A DNA stretch of 64,000 nt from Dehalococcoidia bacterium (GCA_965217625.1 OZ244557.1:1469827-1533826); one strand, 5' to 3'. Shown: positions 54,181 through 64,000, counted from the first letter of the stretch. Notes: generated by a model not told the origin, from the letters alone. Program-made: numbers and translations.

Positions 54181-55446
54181 ATGACCGCCGTGCGCAGCGA
54201 TCCCGTCCCTCCATCCGCGCCGCCGCCGCGGCGGGGGCCCGCCGGCGCACGGCCGGCCGACTTCGCGCCGATGCGCGAGGTGCGCAAGTCGCTGCGGGTG
54301 AAGTGGTACCGCAGCCCGATCGAGAAGGCCACGCTCTGGCAGTTGATGGAGCGCAGCGATCGCAAGGGCTTCACGCAGACGCTGGGCCACATCGGGCTGG
54401 CGGCGGCCTTGGGGGCGCTGGCGGCCTTCTTCTTCATCCAGGGGCAGTGGCTGCTGTTCGGCGTCTTCCTCTGGCTCTTCGGCGCCGTGCGCACGTTCCT
54501 GTCGGGCCCGGCGAACCATGAACTGGGGCACGGCGCGGTCTTCCGCACGCCGGTTCTGAATCGCGTCTTCCTACGCGGCCTGAGCGTGCTGACGTTCTGG
54601 AACTACAACGAATACCGGATGAGTCACACCTACCACCATCGCTACACGTTGCACGCGGACGGGGATCGAGAGGTGCTGCTGCCACTCGACCCGTCGCTGC
54701 ACCCGTTGGTGGTCCTCGAGATGCTCACGTTCAACCTGCGCGGGATGGTCCGCCAACTCCGCTTCACGGTCCGCACGGCGATGGGTCGCTTCGACAGCGG
54801 CATGACGGTCGGCGCGATGGGGAGTACGGCCTGGATCGAGACGCTGGCCGACGTGCATCCCGACACCTACCGGGCGGCGATCCGGCTGGCTCGGGTCACC
54901 TTGCTCTTCCACGCCGCCGTGATCGCGATCTCGATCGCGACCGGGTTCTGGTGGCTCGCCATCGTGATCACGGGCGGGAACTGGATCGGCAATTGGTACC
55001 GCTACGTCCTCGCGTCGACCCAGCACGCCGGGCTGCGGGACAACATCCCCGACTTCCGGCTCTGCGTGCGCTCGCTGCGCATCGACCCGTTCTCCTCGTT
55101 TCTCTACTGGCACATGGACCGCCACGCCGAGCATCACATGTACGCCGGCGTACCCTGCTACAACATGGCGGCGCTGGGGCAGGAGATCGCCTGGGACATG
55201 CCGCAGCCGCGCACGCCGCTGGCGGCCTGGCGCGAGATGTATGCGGCGCGCCGGCGGCAGCAGACGGACCCCGACTACCAGTTCGACACGCCGCTGCCGC
55301 CCACGGCGAACCCCGCCGTACTGCGCGAGGCCCACGTCCCGGCGGCGCCGGCCGGCGCCGGCGCGATGGCCTCCTCGATCGGGACGATGGACCCCGACGA
55401 CGACGTGGAGAACCCCGTCGGGCAGGGCGCCGCGGCCGGCGGCTGA
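54181..55446 (+). CDS. Membrane fatty-acid desaturase
   Basis: Three His boxes HELGH, HTYHHRY, HAEHHMY. Multiple TM helices. AGGAGAG SD 5 nt before the ATG. Confidence 0.85.
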   Translation: MTAVRSDPVPPSAPPPRRGPAGARPADFAPMREVRKSLRVKWYRSPIEKATLWQLMERSDRKGFTQTLGHIGLAAALGALAAFFFIQGQWLLFGVFLWLFGAVRTFLSGPANHELGHGAVFRTPVLNRVFLRGLSVLTFWNYNEYRMSHTYHHRYTLHADGDREVLLPLDPSLHPLVVLEMLTFNLRGMVRQLRFTVRTAMGRFDSGMTVGAMGSTAWIETLADVHPDTYRAAIRLARVTLLFHAAVIAISIATGFWWLAIVITGGNWIGNWYRYVLASTQHAGLRDNIPDFRLCVRSLRIDPFSSFLYWHMDRHAEHHMYAGVPCYNMAALGQEIAWDMPQPRTPLAAWREMYAARRRQQTDPDYQFDTPLPPTANPAVLREAHVPAAPAGAGAMASSIGTMDPDDDVENPVGQGAAAGG

Positions 55447-55560
55447 CGGCCCCCGCGCGATCCGCGAACGCTATACTGCCGCTGATCGCCGTCCCGGCGG
55501 TCAGCAGTTCCCGCGCGGCGCGATCCCTGGCGATCAGCCGGCCCAGAAAGGCAACAGCCC

Positions 55561-56754
55561 ATGCCCAGCAACCGCGGTATCGCCTACCTGGAGCCCGGCA
55601 AGGTGGCCGTACACTCGATCGACTATCCGGAGCTGGCGCTGGGCGATCGGGCCTGCCACCACGGCGTCATCCTGCGCGTCCTGACGACGAACATCTGCGG
55701 CTCCGATCAGCACATGGTGCGCGGCCGCACGACTGCGCCCGCCGGGCTGATCCTGGGCCACGAGATCACCGGCGAGGTCGTGGAGCGCGGCCGCGACGTG
55801 GAATTCCTGCAGTTGGGCGACGCCGTCTCGGTGCCGTTCAACATCGCCTGCGGGCGCTGCCGTAACTGCAAGGAGGGGCAGACCGGCATCTGCTTGAACG
55901 TGAACCCCGCCCGGCCCGGGGCCGCCTACGGCTACGTCGATATGGGCGGCTGGGTGGGCGGCCAGGCCGAGTACGTGATGGTGCCCTACGCCGATTTCAA
56001 CCTGCTCAAGCTGCCCCCGATGGACGTCACGCTGCCCAAGATCCGCGACCTCACCCTGCTCTCCGACATCTTCCCCACCGGGTTCCATGGCGCGGTCAAG
56101 GCGGGGGTCGGGCCGGGATCCACCGTCTACGTGGCGGGCGCGGGACCGGTGGGCCTGGCCTGCGCCGCCTCGTGTCAACTGCTGGGCGCGGCCGTCGTCA
56201 TCGTCGGGGACCTGATCGACGAGCGGCTGGCGCAGGCGCGCAGCTTCGGCTGCGAGACGATCGATCTGAAGCAGGACGCCAGCCTGACGGAGCAGGTGGA
56301 GCAGATCCTGGGCGTCCCGGAGGTGGACTGCGCGGTCGATTGCGTGGGCTTCGAGGCCCGCGGGCACGGTGCCGACGCGGACACGGAGCATCCCGCGACG
56401 GTGCTGAACTCGATCATGGAGGTCACGCGCGCGGGCGGCAGCTTGGGCATCCCCGGGCTGTACGTCACGGGCGACCCGGGCGCCGGGACCGAGGCGGCGA
56501 AGGAAGGCCGGCTGGTGATCCGCATCGGCCTGGGCTGGGCCAAGAGCCACTCGTTCTATACGGGGCAGTGCCCCGTCATGCGCTACCACCGCCCGCTGAT
56601 GCAGGCGATCCTCTACGACAAGGTGCAAATCGCCGACGCCGTGAACGCGACGGTCATCACCCTGGACGACGCGCCCAGCGGCTACCAGGACTTCGATCGC
56701 GGCGCCGCGAAGAAGTACGTGATCGATCCGCACGGCCTCGTCCCGCCCGTCTGA
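55561..56754 (+). CDS. fdhA: Glutathione-independent formaldehyde dehydrogenase (Zn-dependent MDR family)
   Basis: N-terminus MPSNRGIAYLEPGKVAVHSIDYP...HGVILRVLTTNICGSDQHMVRGRTTA...CGRCRNCKEGQTGICLNVNPARPGAAYGYVDMGGWVGGQAEY is colinear with characterised FdhA proteins. Confidence 0.85.
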   Translation: MPSNRGIAYLEPGKVAVHSIDYPELALGDRACHHGVILRVLTTNICGSDQHMVRGRTTAPAGLILGHEITGEVVERGRDVEFLQLGDAVSVPFNIACGRCRNCKEGQTGICLNVNPARPGAAYGYVDMGGWVGGQAEYVMVPYADFNLLKLPPMDVTLPKIRDLTLLSDIFPTGFHGAVKAGVGPGSTVYVAGAGPVGLACAASCQLLGAAVVIVGDLIDERLAQARSFGCETIDLKQDASLTEQVEQILGVPEVDCAVDCVGFEARGHGADADTEHPATVLNSIMEVTRAGGSLGIPGLYVTGDPGAGTEAAKEGRLVIRIGLGWAKSHSFYTGQCPVMRYHRPLMQAILYDKVQIADAVNATVITLDDAPSGYQDFDRGAAKKYVIDPHGLVPPV

Positions 56755-56805
56755 GCGGGGCCGGGGAACGACGCGGCCGCCGGCGCCGGCGGCAAGAGGA
56801 GTCGC

Positions 56806-57807
56806 ATGCGCATCGATGAGGGACCGTTCCGCTTCGAGTGGGTCGAGGACTGGGCCGAGATCCCGGAGCCGGCCGCGGCGGCGCGGGGCTGGGCGCATCC
56901 GGGCATGGTGCTCTCGCCGGCGGGCACGATCGTGACCTTCCATCCGGGGCTGCCGCGGGCGCTGGAGCTTGCGGCGGACGGCGCGTTGCGGGCGTCGTGG
57001 GACGTGCCGGTGGTCGAAGGGCACGGGATCGCCGTCGCCGGCGACGGCGTCGAGCCGTGTCTGTGGTTCGCCGACCCGGGCAGCAAGCGCGACCCCGGCA
57101 GCCAGTACAGCTCTCCAATCGAGGGGCCGCCCCACACCGTGAAGACCGACCTGCGGGGCAACGTGCTGGCGGAGATGGGAATCCCCGACCTGCCCGCCTA
57201 CCGCGAGGGCGGCTACGCGCCCACGCACGTCGCCGTCTTCGATGAGGCGCGCGGCGGCAACGGCGACGTCTGGATCACGGACGGCTACGGCCGCAGCCTG
57301 ATCCATCGCTACACGCGCGGCGGCGATTACGTGGGCACCATCACCGGCGAGGAAGGCCGGACGGGGGCGTTCCGGACACCGCACGCGATCCACATCGACA
57401 CGCGCGGGCCGGCGCCCGAGCTGTACATCGCCGATCGCGCCAACGACCGCCTCCAGGTCTACGACCTCGACGGCGGCTACAAGCGCGGGGCCGGCGCGGG
57501 AGTCCTGCGCCACCCGGCCGCGTTCGCCGCGATGGGCGAGTACCTCGTGGTCGCCGAGTTGCACGCGCGCCTGACGGTGCTGGACGGCGACGATCAGCCG
57601 GTGGCGTTCCTGGGCGAGAACTCCGCGGTGATCGGGGAGCCGGGCTGGCCCAACATGCTCGACCCGGCCGGGAAGCCGGTGCGCACCGACCGCCTCCGCC
57701 CCGGGCTGTTCAACGGCCCGCACGGGGTCGCGGCCGACGCCGCCGGCAACATCTACGTCGCGGAGTGGCTGATCGGCGGACGCTACGTCAAACTGGCGGC
57801 CGTGTAG
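56806..57807 (+). CDS. NHL-repeat / six-bladed beta-propeller protein
   Basis: Repeated GxHGIAVxxDG / PHAIHID / PHGVAADAAGNIYVAE blades. AGAGGAG SD. Confidence 0.65.
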   Translation: MRIDEGPFRFEWVEDWAEIPEPAAAARGWAHPGMVLSPAGTIVTFHPGLPRALELAADGALRASWDVPVVEGHGIAVAGDGVEPCLWFADPGSKRDPGSQYSSPIEGPPHTVKTDLRGNVLAEMGIPDLPAYREGGYAPTHVAVFDEARGGNGDVWITDGYGRSLIHRYTRGGDYVGTITGEEGRTGAFRTPHAIHIDTRGPAPELYIADRANDRLQVYDLDGGYKRGAGAGVLRHPAAFAAMGEYLVVAELHARLTVLDGDDQPVAFLGENSAVIGEPGWPNMLDPAGKPVRTDRLRPGLFNGPHGVAADAAGNIYVAEWLIGGRYVKLAAV

Positions 57808-57826
57808 GCCGCCGGGTCCGATCCGG

Positions 57827-58366
57827 CTAGAGCCCGCGCCAATCGACCGACGGCGCCGCGCGCTGTCCCTCGGCCGGGGGCGCAAGCGCGTAGCCCAGGT
57901 AGACGTAGGCCACGATGCGGTCGCCGGGCGCGAGGCCCAGGTGCCGCTTGGCGGCCGCGGACTCGGCGAGGGCGCCCGTGCTCCACTTCGACGCGAGGCC
58001 GGCCGCCTGCGCGGCGAGCAGCAGGTTCTGCACCGCGCAGGCGCAGGCGGCGTAGTCCTCGCGCTCCAGGACGGCGTCCACGTCCCGGGGGATGCACTGC
58101 CCGACGACGACGCAGACGGGCGCGCGCGTCAGCTTCGCGTGCGCGGTCTTGGCGACGCCGGCCGACGGGTCGGCCGCGACGACCGCCTCGGCCAGGGCCG
58201 CGCGGGCGTCGCCCGCCAGCACCGTGAAGCGCCAGGGCTGCGTGAGGTGATGCGTCGGCGCCCAGCTGGCGGCCTCGATCAACTCCGCGACGGTGGCACG
58301 AGGCACCGGCCGGTCGCCGAACGCGCCCACGGAGCGGCGCGAACGGATGGCCTCGCCGACATCCAT
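57827..58366 (-). CDS. Nitroreductase-family protein
   Basis: IRSRRSVGAFGDRPVPRATVAELIEAASWAPTHHLTQPWRFTVL. GGAGGAG SD before the ATG at 58366. The track ORF fuses it with an upstream frame. Confidence 0.8.
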   Translation of the reverse strand: MDVGEAIRSRRSVGAFGDRPVPRATVAELIEAASWAPTHHLTQPWRFTVLAGDARAALAEAVVAADPSAGVAKTAHAKLTRAPVCVVVGQCIPRDVDAVLEREDYAACACAVQNLLLAAQAAGLASKWSTGALAESAAAKRHLGLAPGDRIVAYVYLGYALAPPAEGQRAAPSVDWRGL

Positions 58367-58443
58367 GGCTGGCTCCTCCGCTTCCCCGTCCGCGGGTGGT
58401 CGCAGCATACCGCCGCGCCAGTCGGGCGGCTCCGGTCCGCAGC

Positions 58444-59385
58444 CTAGTCGTCGCGCGCCCAGGTCGGGTCGAAGTCGGGCGCGCCCGTGGCGACGCGCGC
58501 CGGGCTCGAGCCGTCGGCGTTCATCACGTAGATCTGCCGCAGGCCGTCGCGGGTCGACACGAAGGCGATGCGCCGGCCGTCGGGCGACCAGGCGGGGTCC
58601 AGATCGCCCCAGGGGTTGTCGGTGAGCAGGGTGCGGGCGCCCCCAACCACCGGGATGACGGCGATCGAGGCGCGCTCGAGGGGCAGATGGCCATCGGGCA
58701 CGGCGGTGTAGGCGATGCGCGAACCGTCCGGCGACCACGCGGCTTGATGGTTGAAGCCCGGATCGTTGGTAAGCAACGTCAGCTCGCCGCCGGTCGCGGG
58801 GATCACGGCGATCTGCGAGGCCAGCGAGAACTCGAACTCGCGCGCGATGGTGAAGGCGATCGTGCGGCCGTCCGGCGACCAGGCCGGGAAGGCGACCGGC
58901 TCCGGCAGGTCGGTGAGCTGCGATGCATCGCCGTTCTCGATGTCCAGGATGAAGAGGTTGGAGCGGCCGTCGCGGATGGAGACGAACACGATCCGGCGGC
59001 CGTCGGGCGACCAACTGGGCTGCTGGTCCACGCCGGGGGAGCGGGTGAGCTGACGGGCCTCGCCGCCCGCGGCACCGATCACCCAGATGTCGAGGTTGCC
59101 CGCGCGGTCGCTGACGAAGGCGATCTGCTCCCCGTCCGGCGACCAGGCGGGGTCGCTCTCAGCGGCGGCGTTATGCGTCAGCGCGACCGCGGGCCCGCCC
59201 GAGGCCGCGCGCACGAAGAGGTCGGCCACGCCGTCGCGCCGGGAGATGAAGGCGTGGCGGCCGTCGCCCACGCGGCGGGCAGCATCGTCGTCGTCGGCGA
59301 TGGCGACGCCGGCCAGCAGCCCGGCGATCAGCAGCAGGACCAGGGTCAGGCGCGAGACCGTCCGCCGGGGCAGGTGTCGCGGCAT
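58444..59385 (-). CDS. TolB-like / PD40 WD40-like beta-propeller repeat protein, secreted
   Basis: Signal anchor LTLVLLLIAGLLAGVAIA. Five or more repeats of PAWSPDG(x)IAF(V/T)S. ATG at 59385. Confidence 0.75.
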   Translation of the reverse strand: MPRHLPRRTVSRLTLVLLLIAGLLAGVAIADDDDAARRVGDGRHAFISRRDGVADLFVRAASGGPAVALTHNAAAESDPAWSPDGEQIAFVSDRAGNLDIWVIGAAGGEARQLTRSPGVDQQPSWSPDGRRIVFVSIRDGRSNLFILDIENGDASQLTDLPEPVAFPAWSPDGRTIAFTIAREFEFSLASQIAVIPATGGELTLLTNDPGFNHQAAWSPDGSRIAYTAVPDGHLPLERASIAVIPVVGGARTLLTDNPWGDLDPAWSPDGRRIAFVSTRDGLRQIYVMNADGSSPARVATGAPDFDPTWARDD

Positions 59386-59584
59386 GGGGCTCTCGCGCCT
59401 CCTTCGCCGCGGCGCGCCCGGCACGGCCCGCGCGGCGCCCGTGGAGACCGCGCCAAGACGGCGCGCCGGACGCAGATCAGGGTAGCGGCGATGGCGCGCA
59501 CACGGAGACGCGCCGTCGCGACCCGCCGCGGGGAAGTTCCGATAGCATCGACGCGCCACCCCGCCGCGACCAAGGAGCGCATCA

Positions 59585-60700
59585 ATGACCAGGATCACCG
59601 CCGTTCGATCGCGCATGCTGCGCATTCCGCTCGACCACCCGACCTCGTTCTCGAACCGCACCGTCACCCACCGCGACACTCCGGTGGTCGAAGTCGAGTG
59701 CGACGACGGTCACACCGGCATTGGCTTCTGTTACGCCGGCAGTTCCAACGGGCAGTTGGTGACCTCAGCCGTGGACAACCTCTTCGCCCCGCTGCTGCTG
59801 GGTCGGGACCCGTTCCGAGTCGAGGGCCTCTGGGCCGAGATGTATCAGGAGTCGCTGCTGCACGGGCGCGCCGGCGTGACGATGCGCGCGCTGTCGGCGC
59901 TCGACATCGCGCTTTGGGATCACAATGCCAAGGCGGCCGGGTTGCCCCTCCACAAGATGCTCGGCGGCTACTACGAAGACACGGTCCCCGCCTACGCGTC
60001 GGGCGGCTACTACCTCGAGGGCAAGGGCCACGAGGGGCTGCAGCAGGAACTGCTGGGCTACGTCGAGATGGGCTTCGACGCGGTCAAGATCAAGGTCGGG
60101 CGGCTGTCGGTCCGCGAGGAGGCATCCCGGATGCAGGCGGCCCGGGAGGCCGTCGGACCCGACGTCCACATCATGCTCGACGCCAACAACGCCTGGTCGA
60201 ACCTCGAGGATGCGCTGCGCTACATGACCGCGTATGAGCCCGCCAATCCGTACTGGATCGAGGAGCCGTTCTCCCCCGACGCGATCGGCCTGCACGCGAA
60301 GCTGGCGCTGCGCGCCGGCGTGCCGGTCGCGACGGGGGAGATCGAGGCCGGGCGGTGGCGCTTCAAGGAACTGCTCGACCAGGACGCGGCGATGATCCTG
60401 CAGCCCGACGCCGCCGTCCTCGGCGGCGTGACGGAGTTCCGCAGGGTCGCCCACACGGCCGCCTCATACGGCGTCTCGATCTGCCCGCACTGGTTCCACG
60501 ACCTGCACCGCCACCTCGTCGCCGCGTCGCCGAACGCAACCTACGTCGAGTTCTTCCCCGACGACCAGGTCCACAACTTCCGCAACGTGATCGATCGGCA
60601 GACGGAGGTCCGGGACGGCCGGCTGGTGCTGCCCGACACGCCGGGGCTAGGATTCGAGTTCCTGCCCGAGGCGCTGGAGCGGTACACCGTCGCTCAGTAG
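59585..60700 (+). CDS. Enolase-superfamily enzyme (mandelate racemase / muconate lactonizing enzyme family)
   Basis: KIKVG...DANNAW...EEP...GE metal-ligand progression (IMLDANNAWS, WIEEPFSPD, ATGEIEAG). AAGGAG SD. Confidence 0.8.
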   Translation: MTRITAVRSRMLRIPLDHPTSFSNRTVTHRDTPVVEVECDDGHTGIGFCYAGSSNGQLVTSAVDNLFAPLLLGRDPFRVEGLWAEMYQESLLHGRAGVTMRALSALDIALWDHNAKAAGLPLHKMLGGYYEDTVPAYASGGYYLEGKGHEGLQQELLGYVEMGFDAVKIKVGRLSVREEASRMQAAREAVGPDVHIMLDANNAWSNLEDALRYMTAYEPANPYWIEEPFSPDAIGLHAKLALRAGVPVATGEIEAGRWRFKELLDQDAAMILQPDAAVLGGVTEFRRVAHTAASYGVSICPHWFHDLHRHLVAASPNATYVEFFPDDQVHNFRNVIDRQTEVRDGRLVLPDTPGLGFEFLPEALERYTVAQ

Positions 60701-60844
60701 CGGAACACTCAGTGCGGATCTCCCGTCCCGGCCTCGGAGCCGGGATCCGTTCCGCGGCCCACGCGGCGCCCGTGGCGACCGCGCCAAAACGGCGCGCCGG
60801 GCGTACCCTCAGCGTACGGGCGATCGACCGGGAGGCGGGGCGGC

Positions 60845-62458
60845 ATGCACAAGATCTGGACCCCGCCCAGCGATGTTCGCTCCATCCGCGGCGCGCTGCG
60901 GCTGGCCGGCCCGGGGGCGGTCGGGGCGCTGGGCGCGCTCGCGGCCTGGCTGCTCGTCGTGCAGGAGTCCGACGCGCCCTTCCTGGGCAACCTGATCATC
61001 GACGCCAGCAGTTCGGTGCTGTCGCCGTCCGGCTTCACCGTGGCGCTCGACATCGTGGGGCAGGCCGGAAAGGCCGTCACGCTGGCGACGACCATCGCCA
61101 TGCAGTTCCTGCTCTTCGTGCTGCTCTGGGCCTGGGGCACGCAGTACGTGCAGGCCCGCGACGGCTGGGGCACGCGCTGGCGCTTCGGCTTAATCCAGCT
61201 GGGCGTGGCGGTCGCGCTGCTCGTGATCGCGGCCGCGATCTTCGATCTGGCCGCCTCGTCCGTCTTCAGCGCCGGGGACTGGTGGACCTACCTCTGGCAG
61301 ACCGTGTTCTTCACGACGCTCTTCCTGACGGTCGCGCACGGGCTCGATCGGTTCGCCGCGCCCGCGCCGCCGGCGGTCGCGACGCCCGCGCCCGAGGCGG
61401 TCGCGACGCGCCCGCGTCCCCCGCGGCCGACGCCGCTGCTGGAGCGCGGCCAGACGCGGCGCGGCTTCCTGGCGATGGCGGGCGGCCTGGCCGTCTTCGT
61501 GACGGCAGCCGTCTTCGTGGGGCGGGTCGTCAGCGACACGGCCGCGACGGGGGTGCGTCGCGTGTTCCTGGGCAGGCTGCCGCCGGCCGTGACGCCGAAC
61601 GAGGCCTTCTACACCGTCTCCAAGAACTTCTTCGACCCCGAAGTCGACGGCGACAGGTGGCGCTTGCAGATCGACGGGCTGGTGGAAGCCCCGCAGGAGT
61701 TCACGCTCGCCGAGCTGCGGGCCTTCCCCGCCGAGGAGACGATGAACACGCTGATGTGCATCAGCTACGAGCCGGGCGACAACCTGATCAGCAACGCGCG
61801 CTGGACGGGCGCCTCGCTGCGCGACCTGCTCGACCGGGCGGGCGTGCTGCCGGCGGCGACGCACCTGCAATTCACGAGCGCCGACGATTACGTCGAGTCG
61901 CACTCCCTGGCCTACGCGCAGGATCCGCGCGTGCGGCTGGTCTGGGAGATGAACGGCGAGCCGCTGCCCTACAAGCACGGCTTCCCGGCGCGGCTCCTGG
62001 CGCCCGGCCGCTACGGCATCAAGAACCCCAAGTGGATCACCCGCATCACCCTGATCGAGGGCGACATCGAGGGCTATTGGCAACAGCGCGGCTGGGACCA
62101 GGACGGCTTCATCAAGACGATGTCCCGCATCGACGTGCCGAGCCGGGGCGTGCGGGGAACGCCGGTGCGCACCCGCGTGGAGGGCATCGCCTTCGCGGGC
62201 GAGCGCGGCATCGAGCGGGTCGAGGTCAGCACGGACGACGGCGTCACCTGGAGCGACGCGGAACTGCACGACCCCTTCGCGCCCCTAGCCTGGCGCTTCT
62301 GGTCGTTCGAGTTCGATGCTACGGTCGGCAAGCACGAGCTGCGGGTGCGCGCCAGCGACGGCGCCGGCGCCCTGCAGATCCGCGAGAAGAGTTCCGCGCT
62401 GCCCGACGGATCGAGCGGCTACCACAAGCGCACGCTCCGGGTGGCGCCCACTGCCTAG
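60845..62458 (+). CDS. Sulfite-oxidase-family molybdopterin oxidoreductase with ~200-aa N-terminal multi-TM domain and internal RR motif
   Basis: Oxidored_molyb region EFTLAELRAFP...MCISYEPGDNLISNARWTGASLRDLL...HGFPARLLAPGRYGIKNPKWITRITL. TRRGFLAMAGGLAVF at about aa 200. GGGAGG SD. Confidence 0.75.
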   Translation: MHKIWTPPSDVRSIRGALRLAGPGAVGALGALAAWLLVVQESDAPFLGNLIIDASSSVLSPSGFTVALDIVGQAGKAVTLATTIAMQFLLFVLLWAWGTQYVQARDGWGTRWRFGLIQLGVAVALLVIAAAIFDLAASSVFSAGDWWTYLWQTVFFTTLFLTVAHGLDRFAAPAPPAVATPAPEAVATRPRPPRPTPLLERGQTRRGFLAMAGGLAVFVTAAVFVGRVVSDTAATGVRRVFLGRLPPAVTPNEAFYTVSKNFFDPEVDGDRWRLQIDGLVEAPQEFTLAELRAFPAEETMNTLMCISYEPGDNLISNARWTGASLRDLLDRAGVLPAATHLQFTSADDYVESHSLAYAQDPRVRLVWEMNGEPLPYKHGFPARLLAPGRYGIKNPKWITRITLIEGDIEGYWQQRGWDQDGFIKTMSRIDVPSRGVRGTPVRTRVEGIAFAGERGIERVEVSTDDGVTWSDAELHDPFAPLAWRFWSFEFDATVGKHELRVRASDGAGALQIREKSSALPDGSSGYHKRTLRVAPTA

Positions 62459-62489
62459 CCGGCGCGGCCGGCGAGACGCGGAGGTACGT

Positions 62490-63515
62490 GTGTCATCTGG
62501 AGAGCGGGTGCGGATCGCGCTGGTCGGCTGCGGCAACATCGCGCGGGCGCACTGGCGCGGGATCCACTACCACGCGCCGCTGATCGAGGTGACGGCCGTC
62601 GTCGACGCCGACCCGGCCCGCGCCGCCGCGATGGCGGAGCGCACCGGGGGCCGCGCGTTCACCTCCTTGTCGGCGGCGCTCGCGGAGGGCGACTTCGGCG
62701 CCGTCGATCTGATGCTGCCGCACGACCTGCACGAGCCGGCCGCGATCGAGTCGTTCGCGGCGGGCAAGCACGTCGTGCTGGAGAAGCCGATGGCGCCGAC
62801 GCTCGACGCCTGCGCGCGGATCATGGCGGCGGCGGAGGTCTCGGGGCTGGTCTTCATGATCGCCGAGCAGTCGCAGTTCTGGCCCGACGTGATCCGGATC
62901 CGCGAGTTGCTGGCGGCGGGGGCGATCGGGGAGGTGATCTGGGCGCGCGCGTTCTTCTTCGACCCGCTGGTGCGGGATCCGGCCGACCCCGTGCCCTGGC
63001 GTTTCCGCCTGGCCCGCTCCGGCGGCGGCATCTGCATCGACGGGGGGGCGCACTGGATCCGCCCGCTGCGGATGTGGTTCGGCGACGTGGCGGAGGTCCT
63101 GGCGTCGACGCACCGCCACATCGCGGGGATGGAGGGCGAGTCGCGCGCGCACGCGATCTTCCGCTTCGAGAGCGGCGTCACGGCCACCTTCGACGCACTG
63201 CTGAGCGAGGGACCCGGAGCGCCCCCGGAGGACTTCCGCATCACCGGCACGGCGGGGCAGATCGTGGCGGAGCGCGGCGGGGCGGGGCGACTGTCGCTCT
63301 ACGACGCCGCTCACCCCGGCGGCGACGTGCTGCTCGACTCGTTCGACGGCCGCCGCGACGCGTTCGGCGTCGAGCTGGACGAGTTCAGCCGCGCGGTGCT
63401 GCACGGCGCCCCGCTGACGGCGGGGCCCGCCGACTCGCTGGGGGAGCTGCGCACCGCGCTGGCGATCTACCGCTCGGCGCGGAGCGGCGGCTGGGAGCGG
63501 GTCGGCCCGGACTGA
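62490..63515 (+). CDS. Gfo/Idh/MocA-family NAD(P)-dependent oxidoreductase
   Basis: RIALVGCGNIARAHW Rossmann start. EKP motif (VVLEKPMAP). GGAGG SD 5 nt before the GTG at 62490. The upstream part of the track ORF is an artefact. Confidence 0.8.
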   Translation: MSSGERVRIALVGCGNIARAHWRGIHYHAPLIEVTAVVDADPARAAAMAERTGGRAFTSLSAALAEGDFGAVDLMLPHDLHEPAAIESFAAGKHVVLEKPMAPTLDACARIMAAAEVSGLVFMIAEQSQFWPDVIRIRELLAAGAIGEVIWARAFFFDPLVRDPADPVPWRFRLARSGGGICIDGGAHWIRPLRMWFGDVAEVLASTHRHIAGMEGESRAHAIFRFESGVTATFDALLSEGPGAPPEDFRITGTAGQIVAERGGAGRLSLYDAAHPGGDVLLDSFDGRRDAFGVELDEFSRAVLHGAPLTAGPADSLGELRTALAIYRSARSGGWERVGPD

Positions 63516-63539
63516 GCGGGGCCGGCGGGGACGAGGCCG

Positions 63540-63950
63540 CTACTTCAGGCGCTGCAGCAGTTGCATGCGCACGCCGTGCGCGTTGCGGGGGCTGACGAAC
63601 GCCTCTTGCACCTCGTCGTTGCCGATGGGGTCGGTGACGGTGCAGCCCTTGGCCCGCAGGTCGGCGATGGCGGCCGCCATGTCGTCGACGCGCACGCAGA
63701 ACATGTAGAGCCCCTCGCCGCGCCGCTCGATGTGCTTGCGGACGAAGTTCCCCTCCGAGTCGTCGTAGGGCGTGACGAGTTCCAGGATGGCGTCGCCGAC
63801 GTTGAAGTAGGCGGCCTTGATGCCCAGCTCCGGGGCCTCACCGAGATGGTCGAGGCTCAGCCCCCACGTCTCCCCGAACGTCTCGATGCCGGCCTCCAAG
63901 TCCTCCACGGCGACGATCACGTGATTGATGCCGGTAACGTTGATTCCCAT
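63540..63950 (-). CDS. VOC-family (glyoxalase/dioxygenase fold) protein, methylmalonyl-CoA-epimerase-like
   Basis: INHVIVAVEDLEAGIETFGETWGL...AAYFNVGDAILELVTP...GEGLYMFCVRVDDMAAAIADLRAKGCTV is a two-module VOC fold with MCE-like length (136 aa). Confidence 0.6.
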   Translation of the reverse strand: MGINVTGINHVIVAVEDLEAGIETFGETWGLSLDHLGEAPELGIKAAYFNVGDAILELVTPYDDSEGNFVRKHIERRGEGLYMFCVRVDDMAAAIADLRAKGCTVTDPIGNDEVQEAFVSPRNAHGVRMQLLQRLK

Positions 63951-64000
63951 GCGGGTCCCTCCTTCTGCTTCGGCCTGCGTCGGCCCCTGTGGCCGGACGC

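Overview
This is a 64 kb window of about 70% GC DNA from a monoderm, Gram-positive-type bacterium. The lineage is probably an actinobacterium or a Thermomicrobia-like Chloroflexi, because it has LPXTG sortase substrates, lipobox lipoproteins, an MmpL transporter, an F420-type PPOX enzyme and GGAGG Shine-Dalgarno sites. Gene density is high and most genes are on the minus strand. The first 18 kb holds three tandem paralogous peptide/opp-family ABC importer cassettes (substrate-binding lipoprotein, DppB-like permease, DppC-like permease) with no ATPase genes in the window. Each binding protein carries a 150-200 aa Ala/Glu-rich linker. The cassettes are interspersed with acyl-CoA carboxylase carboxyltransferase (beta-subunit) paralogs and a CRTAC1-like FG-GAP protein. 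Two more carboxyltransferase paralogs follow, next to an XRE-HTH/ImmA-IrrE (DUF955) fusion regulator, an amidase and an Excalibur-domain protein. The accessory part of the window contains several unusual genes. One is a 992-aa membrane-anchored LRR protein with a duplicated HExxH domain. Another is a pair of repeat-rich LPXTG surface proteins (DUF4114-like) flanking an 803-aa HEAT / sigma-70-region-4 protein. There is a two-PPC-domain secreted protein, a zur-znuACB operon with a palindromic candidate operator, and a low-GC defense-like islet (KAP P-loop NTPase and a GmrSD type IV restriction enzyme) straddling an MMPL gene and a tRNA-Lys(UUU). The last 13 kb is metabolic housekeeping: YceI, PPOX, an MmsB-like dehydrogenase flanked by a duplicated gene fragment, a HAD hydrolase, a desaturase, FdhA, an NHL protein, a nitroreductase, a TolB-like protein, an enolase-superfamily enzyme, a sulfite-oxidase-like Mo enzyme, a Gfo/Idh/MocA oxidoreductase and a VOC/epimerase-like protein. 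The many long plus-strand ORFs that run antisense to these genes are high-GC frame artefacts. No CRISPR array, rRNA or recognisable integrase/transposase was found.
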